From NCBI GenBank assembly GCA_041916575.1, contig JAYRZI010000002.1, forward strand, positions 21,117 to 85,116: DNA of 64,000 nucleotides, in the 5' to 3' direction. Every line of letters begins with the position of its first letter. Positions within the stretch are counted from its first letter, which is position 1. The notes under the pieces were generated by a model. The model was given only the letters and a program-made list of their open reading frames with translations, did no database searches and was not told the origin of the DNA. The DNA is from Haliangiales bacterium. Its GTDB lineage: Bacteria; Myxococcota_A; Polyangia; Haliangiales; Haliangiaceae. This document shows positions 50,810-60,340 of the stretch, piece by piece. The translations under genes were made by a program, and so were the position numbers.

Positions 50810-51430
50810 CTACGTGTTGCTCGCGAGCTCCTTGCGTAGCCAGGCCTCGGCGAAGCGCAGATCGCGGGCCACCGTGTTGACGTGTAGCTCACAGACCGCG
50901 GCGATCTCTTCCTGGGTCAGGCCGCCGAAGTAGTGCAGCTCGACGACGCGTGCCTTGCGCTCGTCGTGCTCGGCGAGCGCGCGCAGGGCCAGGTCTAGCT
51001 CGACGAGCTCCCACGGGCGATCGACGGCGACCCGTTGCTCATCGAGCAGCTCGTTGGCGCGGCCGTCGCCGCGCTTGCCGGCGCAGCGACGACGCGCGTG
51101 ATCTACCAGCACCTGGCGCATGACCTTGGAGGCGGTGGCCAAGAGGTGTGCGCGATCGCGGATCTCGAGGTGCTCGGCGTTGCTTAGCCGCAAGTAGGCC
51201 TCGTGGAGCAGCGCCGTGGGTCCGAAGGTGTGGCCGCTGCGCTCGCGCGCGAGGTGAATGGCGGCGAGCTGGCGTAGCTCTCGGTAGAACGGCTCGTCGA
51301 GGCTCGCGCTCCCAGCTCGACTCCAGGGGCTCGAGGCGGGGCCGAGCTCTTCAGGGGCGGGGTCCATCCCTCCGAGGGTTCCATGCGCCCTGCTCGCTGT
51401 CGAGCAACACGTGATCGCCAGGGTGTTCAT
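50810..51430 (-). CDS. ECF-type sigma-70 family RNA polymerase sigma factor
   Basis: Region 2 (FYRELRQLAAIHLARERSGHTFGPTALLHEAYLRL) and region 4 (ELHYFGGLTQEEIAAVCELHVNTVARDLRFAEAWLRKEL). ATGA overlap with the upstream kinase gene. Confidence 0.8.
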   Translation of the reverse strand: MNTLAITCCSTASRAHGTLGGMDPAPEELGPASSPWSRAGSASLDEPFYRELRQLAAIHLARERSGHTFGPTALLHEAYLRLSNAEHLEIRDRAHLLATASKVMRQVLVDHARRRCAGKRGDGRANELLDEQRVAVDRPWELVELDLALRALAEHDERKARVVELHYFGGLTQEEIAAVCELHVNTVARDLRFAEAWLRKELASNT

Positions 51431-52935
51431 CGCGCGCCTCGCTGCCTGTCGCCGGACAGCGGCTGCGACGCTGCGTCGATGAGTTCACGCAGCACCGCGT
51501 GGGCACGTGACAGCTCGACTTGCAGCAGCAGGCTGCGCGTACGCAGGCCGAGCGCGCGCAGTCGCGCATCGAGCTCCTCGACGGTGGTGGGCTCGTCCAG
51601 ACCGGCGGCTCTGAGCGGCGCCGCCGCGAGCATGCTGCGCAGCGCCTGCTGATGGGCGCGAGCGGCTGTGATCATCGCGTCCGCTCGCGCTTGCTCGTTG
51701 ATCGCGGCGATGCACACCGCGTGTTGCGCGCGCTGCGCCGCAACCCCGACTACGACGCTGAAGGCGGTGAGGACCATCACGCCCAGCACCGCCACTCGCC
51801 GGTGGCGCGCCAGCAGCTTGCGCAGACGGTACCCCGGTGAGCTGGGGTGCGCTGCGACCGGACGCTGGAGCAGGTAGTGAGCCAGATCATCCGAGAGCTG
51901 GGTGACGGTGGCGTACCGACGAGTCAGATCTTTGTGCAGGCACTTTTGCAGGATGTGATCCAGATCGCCTCGCAAGGCGCGGCGCTGGGCGGCAGGCGCG
52001 ACCTCGCTGGCGAGCCGTGGCGCGACCTCGCAGGTCATGCGCATCAGCTCGCCGAGCGGGGCCTCGGCGGGCAGCGGCGGTTGGCCGGTGCACAGCTCGT
52101 AGAGCACGGCGCCAACCGAGTAGACATCGCTGGCCGCGCTCGCTGCTTCGCCTCGCACCTGCTCGGGGCTGGCGTAGGGCGGGGTGAAGGCGCGGGCGCT
52201 GGCCACGCTCGAGCCGAGCGCCGGGTGCTCGGCGAGCAGCGCGGCGATGCCGAAATCGAGCACCTTGGCGGCGCCGGTCTCATCCACGAGGATGTTGCTG
52301 GGCTTGATGTCGCGATGGGCGATGAAGCGCTGGTGGGCATGGTCGAGCGCGGCGCAGACCTGGCGCACCAGCGCGATGCGCTCGCGCAGCGGCAGGCGGT
52401 GTGCGTAGCGAGTGATGGACTCGCCGCGCACATACTCCATGACCTGGTAGGGGACGCCATCCTCGGTGGTGCCGCCATCGAGCAGGCGGACGATGTGCGG
52501 GTGCTCCAGCGAGGCCAAGATCTGCCTCTCGCTGCGCAGCCGGGCAGCGAGCTGCTCGGTGTGAAGGAGCCCGGGCAAGAGCTTGATGGCGACCCGGCGC
52601 TGGAACTCGTCGTCGTCGCGCTCGGCCAGGTAGACGGCGCCCATGCCACCGTGACCGAGCAGCTCGATGAGGCGGTACGAGCCGATGCGACGGCCGACCT
52701 GGGACGCGGCCTCGCCGGCGAGCAGTTGCCGCAAGGCCTGGCCGACGGCCGCTCCGGCGCGTGGCCCTTCGGCCGGCGCGAGCAGCGCCGCGACCTCTTG
52801 CTCCAGGCTCGGCTGGTCGGCGCACTCGGCGCGCAGAAATGCGGCGCGCTCATCGCGCGGCAGCTCCAGGCCGCGGTGAAACAAGGTCTCGAGGCGGCGC
52901 CAGCGGTGAGAGCTCATGCCTGGAAACCATCGCAA
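51427..52935 (-). CDS. Ser/Thr protein kinase (Hanks-type) with a C-terminal TM segment and an extracytoplasmic tail
   Basis: GHGGMGAVYLA, AIK, HRDIKPSNILV, DFGIA and APE-like motifs. A hydrophobic stretch VAVLGVMVLTAFSVVVGVAA lies near the C-terminal third. Confidence 0.85.
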   Translation of the reverse strand: MRWFPGMSSHRWRRLETLFHRGLELPRDERAAFLRAECADQPSLEQEVAALLAPAEGPRAGAAVGQALRQLLAGEAASQVGRRIGSYRLIELLGHGGMGAVYLAERDDDEFQRRVAIKLLPGLLHTEQLAARLRSERQILASLEHPHIVRLLDGGTTEDGVPYQVMEYVRGESITRYAHRLPLRERIALVRQVCAALDHAHQRFIAHRDIKPSNILVDETGAAKVLDFGIAALLAEHPALGSSVASARAFTPPYASPEQVRGEAASAASDVYSVGAVLYELCTGQPPLPAEAPLGELMRMTCEVAPRLASEVAPAAQRRALRGDLDHILQKCLHKDLTRRYATVTQLSDDLAHYLLQRPVAAHPSSPGYRLRKLLARHRRVAVLGVMVLTAFSVVVGVAAQRAQHAVCIAAINEQARADAMITAARAHQQALRSMLAAAPLRAAGLDEPTTVEELDARLRALGLRTRSLLLQVELSRAHAVLRELIDAASQPLSGDRQRGAR

Positions 52936-53065
52936 GACTGGAGCCAGAGGCGCATGCCCCTAGAGCGCACAAACGCACGGGGCGATCACCGCTGCGTGGC
53001 GTACGGCACATGGGCGGCCCATGGGCCAGCGACAGCCGACGTGCGGCGCGTCACTCGAGCGCTAC

Positions 53066-53863
53066 CTAGCGGACGGGCGCGCGCAGCGTGGCGAGCAGCT
53101 CGCGCAGGGCCTCCCGGCGCGCGTCGTCGCCGAGGGCGGCGGCGGCCGGGGTGCGCTCGCGCTCGGTGAGCTCAGGGGGCAAAGCGTGCGGTTCGCTCTG
53201 GGCCACCAGCGCCTCGGCGGATGCGATCTGGGTCCAGGCCTCGGCCTTGGCTGCCGCGGCGGCCTGGTCGTCGCGGGCCACCTCGATGGCGCGGCGCAGC
53301 TCGGCGGGATCGGGCAGCGCGCTCCAGCGCACCACGAACCGGCTGGCGCCGCGCGGCGACACGTTGAGCGTCAAGGGTCGATCGCGGTGCAGGCGCAGGG
53401 CGCCATCGGGCTCGACGAGATCGGGATCGAGCGCGTCGATGGTGCTGGTGAACTGGTTGCCGGTCTCGAGCTCGGTGCCGCGCACCAAGATCTCGATGGG
53501 CCAGAGGCGCAGCGGCCGGTAGTCAGCGGCGGCGGCATAGGCGTCGGGCCACTTGATGGACACCTGGAGATCGTGGTCTGCGACCAGCGCGCTCGAGAGG
53601 TACAAGGTGCCCTGGGCTCCGGCCTCGGGCAGCCGCTCGGGCGTAGCGTCGAGCGTGCTGGGGCAGCGCGCGAGCACGTGGTCTTCGGTCCACTCGCATT
53701 TTACCTCGACGCGTCGGCCCTCGCCGGGGGCCCAGAACCGCACGGTTCGCGAGGCCTGATCTGACTCGATCACCTCGACCCACGCTGGGCCGAAGCGCCG
53801 ACCTTTGCCGGCGAAGAGCTTGGCGCTCTCCTGTTTCTCTTCCTGGCTGCACTGCCTGACCAT
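53066..53863 (-). CDS. Hypothetical protein (265 aa)
   Basis: Protein-like composition and co-directional with the neighbouring regulator. No family recognised. Confidence 0.45.
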   Translation of the reverse strand: MVRQCSQEEKQESAKLFAGKGRRFGPAWVEVIESDQASRTVRFWAPGEGRRVEVKCEWTEDHVLARCPSTLDATPERLPEAGAQGTLYLSSALVADHDLQVSIKWPDAYAAAADYRPLRLWPIEILVRGTELETGNQFTSTIDALDPDLVEPDGALRLHRDRPLTLNVSPRGASRFVVRWSALPDPAELRRAIEVARDDQAAAAAKAEAWTQIASAEALVAQSEPHALPPELTERERTPAAAALGDDARREALRELLATLRAPVR

Positions 53864-53872
53864 CGGTGACTC

Positions 53873-55252
53873 CTATTTCGAGCTGCTCCGGTACTGATCA
53901 AGATCGATGCCAAGCCGCTCGCACAGGCGATAGAGCTGGCGCCGGTCGATGCCGAGGGCCGCCGCCGCGGCGCGCACGCTGCCGCCGGCCTCGGCCAGCG
54001 CGCTCTCGAGCTGCGCTGCAGTAGGCAGCGTGGCTGGCGCGCGCGTGGGCGGCGCCTCTACCGGGCCGCCGATGGCGACCTCACGCAGGGCGCGACGGTG
54101 CTCGCGCAGCGCCAGCGGCAGCGCCTCGCTGGTCTGCGCTGCGCCGAGATGGCCGAGCTCGCGCATCACGCCGGCGAGCTCGCGCAGGTTGCCTGGCCAG
54201 GGATAGAGGAGCAGGCACTCGGCGGTGCCGACCGCGAAAGAGGTCGCGGGCTCGGCGGCGCGCTCGTTGTAGAAGTGCACCGCCCACCGCAGCAGATCTT
54301 CGCGGCGGTCGCGTAGCGCCGGTAGCTCGAGCGGCTGGTGCACGGCGCGCAGGCGCATGAGCAGATCGCGGCGGAACTTGCCGGCGCGCACGGCGGCTTC
54401 GAGATCGACGTGGGTGGCCGCGACCACGCGAGCGCGGCTGTGGCGCAGCTCGGTGGCTCCCACCGGCCGGTACGCGCCGTCTTCGAGGAAGCGCAACAGC
54501 TCGGCTTGTAGCTCGAGCGCCAGCTCGCCGATCTCGTCGAGAAATAGCACACCGCGATCGGCGAGCTCGACGAGGCCGGCCCGCGAGGCGATGGCCCCGC
54601 TGTAGGCCCCGCGCAGGTGCCCGAACAGCTCGGAGCGCGCCAGCTCGCGCCCCAGCTCTGCGCAGTTCTGCGGCACCAGTGGCTGTTCGGGGCCAGCCAG
54701 CGCGCGGGCCACTCGCTCCTTGCCGGTGCCGGTCTCGCCGAGCACCAGCAGGTGGCCGTCGGCGCCAGCGAGCCGCTCCAGCGTGCGGCGCACGGCGACC
54801 GCGAGCGCCGAGGTGCCGGGGAAGCCGGGGCCGCCTGGCTCGGCGAGCTCGGGCACCGCGTTCGGCGGCGGCGGGGGGCCGGCGCGGAACACCAGCAGCG
54901 TGTCGCCCAGGCGCAGCAGCGCGCCATCGGCCAGGACTACGCTGCCATCCTTCTCCAGCGGGTGTCCATCGACGAAGGCGCGGTTGCGTCCGCCCAGATC
55001 GGTGAGCCGCCAGGCGCCGCCTTCGACGTGCAACCTGGCGTGGCGGCGCGAGATGAGCGGATCGTCGAACCCGAGCCGGGGATCGCTCGACGGCGCCGCC
55101 CCGGCGCGGCCGAGCACCAACCCGTTGGCTTTGGCGCCATGCACGGCGCCAGCGGCGCTGCCGCACAGCACGGTGACATGCGCCTCGGCGGGCAGCGAGC
55201 GGCCCTCGAGTGCCGAGTCTTGCTGCTGCATGGTGTCGTCGGGGCGTCGCAC
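53873..55252 (-). CDS. Sigma-54-dependent transcriptional activator with an N-terminal FHA domain (no receiver domain) and a C-terminal Fis-type HTH
   Basis: FHA: GRAGAAPSSDPRLGFDDPLISRRHARL. AAA+ sigma-54 interaction domain: LVLGETGTGKERVA, GAYSGA-type ESELFGH motif (RSELFGHLRGAYSGA). C-terminal HTH ALGIDRRQLYRLCERLGI. Confidence 0.85.
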   Translation of the reverse strand: MRRPDDTMQQQDSALEGRSLPAEAHVTVLCGSAAGAVHGAKANGLVLGRAGAAPSSDPRLGFDDPLISRRHARLHVEGGAWRLTDLGGRNRAFVDGHPLEKDGSVVLADGALLRLGDTLLVFRAGPPPPPNAVPELAEPGGPGFPGTSALAVAVRRTLERLAGADGHLLVLGETGTGKERVARALAGPEQPLVPQNCAELGRELARSELFGHLRGAYSGAIASRAGLVELADRGVLFLDEIGELALELQAELLRFLEDGAYRPVGATELRHSRARVVAATHVDLEAAVRAGKFRRDLLMRLRAVHQPLELPALRDRREDLLRWAVHFYNERAAEPATSFAVGTAECLLLYPWPGNLRELAGVMRELGHLGAAQTSEALPLALREHRRALREVAIGGPVEAPPTRAPATLPTAAQLESALAEAGGSVRAAAAALGIDRRQLYRLCERLGIDLDQYRSSSK

Positions 55253-55308
55253 GGAGAGCTACGATAGCGGAGGTGGCGGGTTCGAGGGCCAGTCGATCGG
55301 GAACATCG

Positions 55309-56262
55309 TCACCGGGGCCTGGAGCCGTCGTCGTCGCGCAGGTAGGCCTCGCGCAGAGAGGCGAACCAGCTCTCTTTCGGCGCGCGCCCGACCTGGTAGG
55401 TGTAGTAGCGGGGGTGGCCATCGGAGTGCATGCGCAGGAACTCGCCGCCGCAGATCACCTCGGCCACGCCGCGATCGGTGGCCAGCTCGAGCTCGGTCAT
55501 GGCGAGCAGCGAGCCAGGCGGCGGCCACACCGGCAGCGCTTGCAGGTTGCCGGGTGGGCGCGGCGGCGCGGCGTGCCCAAAGCCTAGCGCCGGCGCAGCC
55601 CGCACGCTCTCGACGACGAGCTCGAGCGGCTCCGCGTGCTCCGGCGGTGGCTCCTGAGGTTCGCGGTGGCTGGCGCGAGCGCGCTCGATCACGCTGCCGG
55701 CCGGGTTGGCCGGTTTGCCGGTGCTGGTGACCAGCGAGCCGCTGTAGAGAAAGCCGTCGCGGAAGCTATCCGGGGTCACCAGCGAATCGGCGGCGTAGGC
55801 GTGTCCATGGGTCAGGTCTTCGAGATCGAACAGCAGCGCGCGTCCGCTCGCCACGTAGCCCGGCGGCGAGGCGCCACCGACGCCGCAGCCCAGGAGCATC
55901 ACCAAGGTTTCGGGCCCGAGCCAGTCCTGCAGCAGCCCGTACGACTCTGGCGAGCTATCGAGTACGTCACATTCATGCGGCCGATCCGGCGATGGCCCCC
56001 AGTAGCCGCCGAGCTGCAGCCGGCCGGGCGAGCCGTGTCCGACGATCTGCACGAGGTCCGGCGGCGCCGGTAGCTGGGCCAGCGCGCGCGCGATGTCGCC
56101 GACGTAGGCCACGCGTACGAGCTGGGCCTGGTAGCCGAGCGAGTTGCCGGCGATGGCGGTCTCCATCATCGAGGCGGTGAGTGCGATGGCGGCGTTGCCA
56201 TCGCTGGCGCCCTCGCCGAGGCCAGCCGGCGGCTTGGCGAGGAAGGTGATGACGGTGGTCAT
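55309..56262 (-). CDS. DUF4347-like domain protein (317 aa). Only the 3' third of the 913-aa ORF is real.
   Basis: Starts MTTVITFLAKPP with an ATGA overlap on the upstream kinase gene. Motif LVQIVGHGSPGRLQLGG resembles the DUF4347 signature (HIVSHGSPGSLQLG). Confidence 0.5.
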   Translation of the reverse strand: MTTVITFLAKPPAGLGEGASDGNAAIALTASMMETAIAGNSLGYQAQLVRVAYVGDIARALAQLPAPPDLVQIVGHGSPGRLQLGGYWGPSPDRPHECDVLDSSPESYGLLQDWLGPETLVMLLGCGVGGASPPGYVASGRALLFDLEDLTHGHAYAADSLVTPDSFRDGFLYSGSLVTSTGKPANPAGSVIERARASHREPQEPPPEHAEPLELVVESVRAAPALGFGHAAPPRPPGNLQALPVWPPPGSLLAMTELELATDRGVAEVICGGEFLRMHSDGHPRYYTYQVGRAPKESWFASLREAYLRDDDGSRPR

Positions 56263-59200
56263 GGCAATGCTCCTCTGGCGCAGCGCGCGCCGATGGCGTA
56301 GCTGAAGTGGCGGGCCTCGCGCTCGTTGCGAAAGACGGTGGTGGCATGTTCTAGCGCGGTCGGCGAGTCGACCTGGCCGCCGCGGACGATGCGCAGCGGG
56401 TTGCGCTCGCGATCGGTCTGGCCCTCGCGCGAGATCCACTCCGAGACGTTGCCGGCCAGGTGCAGCACGCCGTAGGGGCTCCCGCCGCAAGGCAGAGAGT
56501 CCACGGGCGCCACCCATCGGTAGCCATCGGCGAGGCCCTCCTGGTTGGCGCACGGCGCTGGCTCTGGGCCCCATGGATAGAGCCGGCGCGGCGCCGGATT
56601 CGGCGCGCCGGCGAGCGACAGGCCACCGCGCGCTGCCTTGACCCATTCGTGCTCGCTGGGCAGGCGCTTGCCCAGGAAGCGGCAGAACGCCTCGGCGGTG
56701 TGCGAATCGATGGCGGTGACGGGGAAGCGCGGCGCGCCGGCGTCCTTGTGCACCGCGGTGCGCGGATAGTCGGGGACCGGGTAACCGGTGAGGCGGTGCA
56801 TGCGTGCGAACGGCGCGAACTGACCGTTGGAGATCTCGGTGCGATCGATGGCGAAGGCGGGCAGCACGACGACTTGCTCTGGTTGCTCGTACTCGGCATG
56901 CGCGGTCGGCGGCTGGCCGCGGCCGCCGTAGAGGAAGGGCCCGGCCTCGATCGTCACTTCGCCCCAGGCCGAGGCGGCGCAGGTCGGCACCGCCAGCTCG
57001 AGGCGTCGCGGTGCGCCTCGGGACGCGTAGCCGGGGAGGTCGCGTAGGCGGATCCACGAGGGTTCGCAGCGCTCGCCACGTCGACCGCGGCCGTCGAGGC
57101 GCAGAAAGGCGCTGCCGCCGGGGAGCTCGACGGGTTCGGTGCGCGTGCGCCCTCGGGTGGTGGTGGCGCCGCGCTTGACCAGCGAGGGGGGCATCTCGTC
57201 GCCGGGGCGGTGCTCGTCGTCGGGGTGCGGGGCAAACACTCGCCAGGACAGCTCGGGCAACAGCGCCGGGTCCACTGCCACCTCGTCGCCGTTTTGCGCC
57301 CACTCGAACGGCGCCAGCGCCAGCTCGACGGCGCCGAGGTTGGTGCCGGCGCGGCGCAGCTCTCGCGACTGGGCCTCGGCGGCGAGCTGCTGGCGCCGAA
57401 AGGCGGCGGCCAAGAGCACCGAGGCGGTGGTGATCGCGGCCGCCAGCGCCGCGGTCAGCGCAAGCCGGGTGCGCGCGCGACGGCGGATGGCGCGCTGGCG
57501 AGCCTCGCCCGCGGCGAGAAACGTTGCCACCTCCGGAGAGGGAGCCAGGCCCAACGCGGTGAGGCGCCGCCGCGCCGCGACCAGCTCGTCGGCGGGCCAG
57601 GTGTCCTCGGAGCGCTGGCCGCGCCGTTGCCAGCGCGCGGTGGCCTCCTCGAGCTCGTGCAAGAGCCGGCGCTCTTGCAGGCTGTCGGCGAGCCAACCGG
57701 CGAGTCGATCCCAGCGCACCAGCAAGGCCTCGTGGATGATCTCGATGCCGGCGTCGACCTCGATGGTGGTGCGCTGCACGAGCAGGCGAGCGGCGATCAG
57801 GCGGTCCAGCACGTCGCCGGCGCTCGGCACCTCGGTCTCGAGCTGGGCGCGCGGCGCGAAGCGGCGGCTGTGGCCGATCACCAAGCGCGAGAAGAGCTGC
57901 CGCGCCACGGCCTGCTGCGCGCCGGTGAGGCTGGCGAGCACGCCATCGGCGTGGCGAGCCAGCGCGCCGGCTACGCCGCCCATCTGTGCGTAGGTGGAGC
58001 GCAAGAGCAGGCGGCGCTCGACATCGCGAGCGTCCCATAGCGCGCGGCACGCGAACTGGAGCAGCGGTAGCTCGGTGGTCTGGCCGCTGCCCAGCTCGGC
58101 CAGCATGTCCTCGACGATGCTCGGCTCCTCGAAGCGGTGGCCGGTGCGGGAGAGCGGCGCGGTGATGGCCTGGCGCAGCGCCTCTTGGCCGAGCGGCTGC
58201 AGGATGTGCAGCTCGCGCACGCCGGCGAGCCTGCCGATGAAGTCATCGCGCACGGTCACCACCACACGCACGGGCTCGCTGGGATCGTCCGCGGCGCCGA
58301 GCAGCATGGCCAAGGTGGCGCGTACGTCGCTGGTCGAGGCGCCGTGCGTGAAGAGCTCTTCGAGTTGATCGACGGCCAGGAGCACCGGGCGCGAGCCGTC
58401 GGCCAGCGCGGCCAGCTTGACGGCGAGCAGCGAGGGCGCGGCGCGGAGCTGGGCGGCCAGCTCGCGCACCTGGCCCTCATCGCCGGTGCCTTGACGCTCG
58501 GCGCTGGCCGCGATCAAGCGGCGGGCCAGCGCTTCGATGGGGGCCGCGCCGGGGCGAAGCGCGATCACGCGGGTGTTGCGGGCGCGCAGCCGCGGGATCA
58601 CGCCGGCGTGCAGAAACGAGCTCTTGCCCACACCCGAGGGGCCGACGATGGGAAGCAGCGTGACCGCGCGCAGGCGCGCGCAGAACGCATCGATCTCGGC
58701 CTGCCGCCCGAAGAAGTCCAAGGCGTGGGCCTCATCGAAGGGGGCCAGGCCGCGGTACGGGCCGTCGGCCGATAGCGGTGCGTCGCGGCCATGCAGCGCA
58801 TCGTCGAGCGCCGCGCGCCAGGTCTCGGCGCTGGGGCGTCGCGCGGGGTCGCGCGCGAGCGAGGCGGAGAGCAGCTCGGCCACCCGCGCCGGCAACACGC
58901 CGGGCTCGGGCAACCGTGGCGCGTCGTCGGCGACGTGCACGCCTTCGGCGCCGAAGGGATGTGGCGCGCCGAAGAGACCGAGCAAGATGATGGCGAAGGC
59001 CCACAAGTCGGTACGGTCGGTGAGCGGCTGGCCGAGCCACTGCTCGGGCGCCATCCACGCCGGAGTGCCAGCGCGCGCCAGGCGCGCCGCAGAAAGCCGC
59101 TGCGCCAGGCCAAAATCGACGACGCGCAGCCGGCCATCGTGGCCCCAGAGCAGGTTGCTCGGCTTGAGGTCGCAGTGCAGCACGCCGGCGCGGTGCGCGT

Positions 59201-59801
59201 GCGCCAGCGCATCGGCGAGGTCGCGGCCCAGGCGCAGCGCCTCATCACGGCTCTGGGGCTGGCCGCGCTCTGCCAGCGCCGCGCCATCTACATACTCGAG
59301 CGCCAGGTAGGGCGCTCCGCGGTGCATGCCGGCATCGTAGACCTGCACGATGTTGGGGTGGTTGAGCGCGGCGAGCAGCCTGGCCTCTTCGACGATGCGC
59401 TCGCCGCCGCCGCGCTCGAGCTGATCGGGACGCACCACCTTGAGCGCGACCGAGCGACCGAGCAGCAGATCGCGCGCCAGGTAGACCTGGCCCATGCCGC
59501 CCTGGCCCAGCGAGCGCCGGATCTGGTAGCGACCCACCAGCTCGCCCACCACCAGGGCCGGCGCCGAGCCAGTAGCGCCGCCGCCCGGCGCCGAGGTCTG
59601 CGCTAGCGGCGTGACATCCGAGGGCAGCGGGGCGTCTGGAGCGGCGCTCGAGCTTTCATTCCATCGACGCTCGGTCATTCGTCGCTCGCATCCGCAACCG
59701 TACTCCACTGGAGGATCTCGCCGCAACGGATGCGCAGGGCGGCTGCCCATGGGCAGCCCAGTGTGCGCTCGGCCACGCGGCGGAGTTGCGGCTCGCGTCA
59801 C
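56259..59801 (-). CDS. Multidomain signalling protein. N-terminal Hanks Ser/Thr kinase, central P-loop NTPase (STAND-like), predicted TM helix, and C-terminal formylglycine-generating-enzyme (FGE/SUMF1)-like domain.
   Basis: Kinase: GQGGMGQVYLA, ALK, HCDLKPSNLL, DFGLA. NTPase: LPIVGPSGVGKSSFL (Walker A) with a downstream hhhhD Walker B (VLLAVDQLEELF). TM candidate LALTAALAAAITTASVLLAAAF. FGE-like: YPWGP...HLAGNVSEWISREG...RIVRGG. Confidence 0.8.
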   Translation of the reverse strand: MTRAATPPRGRAHTGLPMGSRPAHPLRRDPPVEYGCGCERRMTERRWNESSSAAPDAPLPSDVTPLAQTSAPGGGATGSAPALVVGELVGRYQIRRSLGQGGMGQVYLARDLLLGRSVALKVVRPDQLERGGGERIVEEARLLAALNHPNIVQVYDAGMHRGAPYLALEYVDGAALAERGQPQSRDEALRLGRDLADALAHAHRAGVLHCDLKPSNLLWGHDGRLRVVDFGLAQRLSAARLARAGTPAWMAPEQWLGQPLTDRTDLWAFAIILLGLFGAPHPFGAEGVHVADDAPRLPEPGVLPARVAELLSASLARDPARRPSAETWRAALDDALHGRDAPLSADGPYRGLAPFDEAHALDFFGRQAEIDAFCARLRAVTLLPIVGPSGVGKSSFLHAGVIPRLRARNTRVIALRPGAAPIEALARRLIAASAERQGTGDEGQVRELAAQLRAAPSLLAVKLAALADGSRPVLLAVDQLEELFTHGASTSDVRATLAMLLGAADDPSEPVRVVVTVRDDFIGRLAGVRELHILQPLGQEALRQAITAPLSRTGHRFEEPSIVEDMLAELGSGQTTELPLLQFACRALWDARDVERRLLLRSTYAQMGGVAGALARHADGVLASLTGAQQAVARQLFSRLVIGHSRRFAPRAQLETEVPSAGDVLDRLIAARLLVQRTTIEVDAGIEIIHEALLVRWDRLAGWLADSLQERRLLHELEEATARWQRRGQRSEDTWPADELVAARRRLTALGLAPSPEVATFLAAGEARQRAIRRRARTRLALTAALAAAITTASVLLAAAFRRQQLAAEAQSRELRRAGTNLGAVELALAPFEWAQNGDEVAVDPALLPELSWRVFAPHPDDEHRPGDEMPPSLVKRGATTTRGRTRTEPVELPGGSAFLRLDGRGRRGERCEPSWIRLRDLPGYASRGAPRRLELAVPTCAASAWGEVTIEAGPFLYGGRGQPPTAHAEYEQPEQVVVLPAFAIDRTEISNGQFAPFARMHRLTGYPVPDYPRTAVHKDAGAPRFPVTAIDSHTAEAFCRFLGKRLPSEHEWVKAARGGLSLAGAPNPAPRRLYPWGPEPAPCANQEGLADGYRWVAPVDSLPCGGSPYGVLHLAGNVSEWISREGQTDRERNPLRIVRGGQVDSPTALEHATTVFRNEREARHFSYAIGARCARGALP

Positions 59802-59876
59802 AGTCGCTCGGGCGCCGGCACGTGCATTGCTAGTGGGCAGAGGCGGCGAGCACCCCGCTCACTTCAAGGACGACCC

Positions 59877-60272
59877 ATGCCGCTTTCGCTGTCCTCTTCG
59901 GGCGCTGCGCCGCGCGCTGCGGAGACTCGCCTCGACCGCTTGCTCAAGATGGTGCCCGGCGAGGTGCTGCTGGTCTATCCGACGGTGCTCGAGCTCGGTC
60001 GGCTCTGCACCTGGCGCTATCTCGAGCCGGTGCTCGCGCTGCTCGGCGCGGGTGCAGCCGCGGCCACGCTGGCCTACGAAGCGCGCTGCAATGGCGAGCG
60101 CCTGGACTGGCGCCACGCGGCGGCGCGCGGGCTGGTGTTTCTGGCGTGGGCGCTGGTGGTGGGCCAGCCGCTGGCCGAGTTGGGGGTGGCCACGGACAAC
60201 GCGCGCGCGCTGGGCGCCGCCGCGGTCGCCTTCATGCCGGTCATCGGCTACGTGCTGCTGGCGCCCGAGTAG
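59877..60272 (+). CDS. Small hypothetical membrane protein (about 131 aa, three predicted TM helices)
   Basis: Start MPLSLSSSG chosen inside the longer ORFs. Hydrophobic segments VLALLGAGAAAATLAY, LVFLAWALVVGQPL, AVAFMPVIGYVLLA. Confidence 0.4.
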   Translation: MPLSLSSSGAAPRAAETRLDRLLKMVPGEVLLVYPTVLELGRLCTWRYLEPVLALLGAGAAAATLAYEARCNGERLDWRHAAARGLVFLAWALVVGQPLAELGVATDNARALGAAAVAFMPVIGYVLLAPE

Positions 60273-60340
60273 CGCCGGCCACGGCGCGACGGCGTGGGCC
60301 CTCCCCCCGGAGCTCGCCTATCGTTGGCCCCCCACCTGAA

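Noticed and set aside
51427-52935. Reading the Ser/Thr kinase as part of the RiPP-like system
   Set aside because: It is 35 kb away on a separate transcription unit with its own ECF sigma factor, so it is treated as independent signalling.
56263-58050. Upstream two-thirds of the 913-aa ORF 55309..58050
   Set aside because: It overlaps the kinase-NTPase-FGE gene in a different frame and is Arg/Pro/Ala low-complexity. Only the segment from MTTVITF (56262) downward looks like a real protein.
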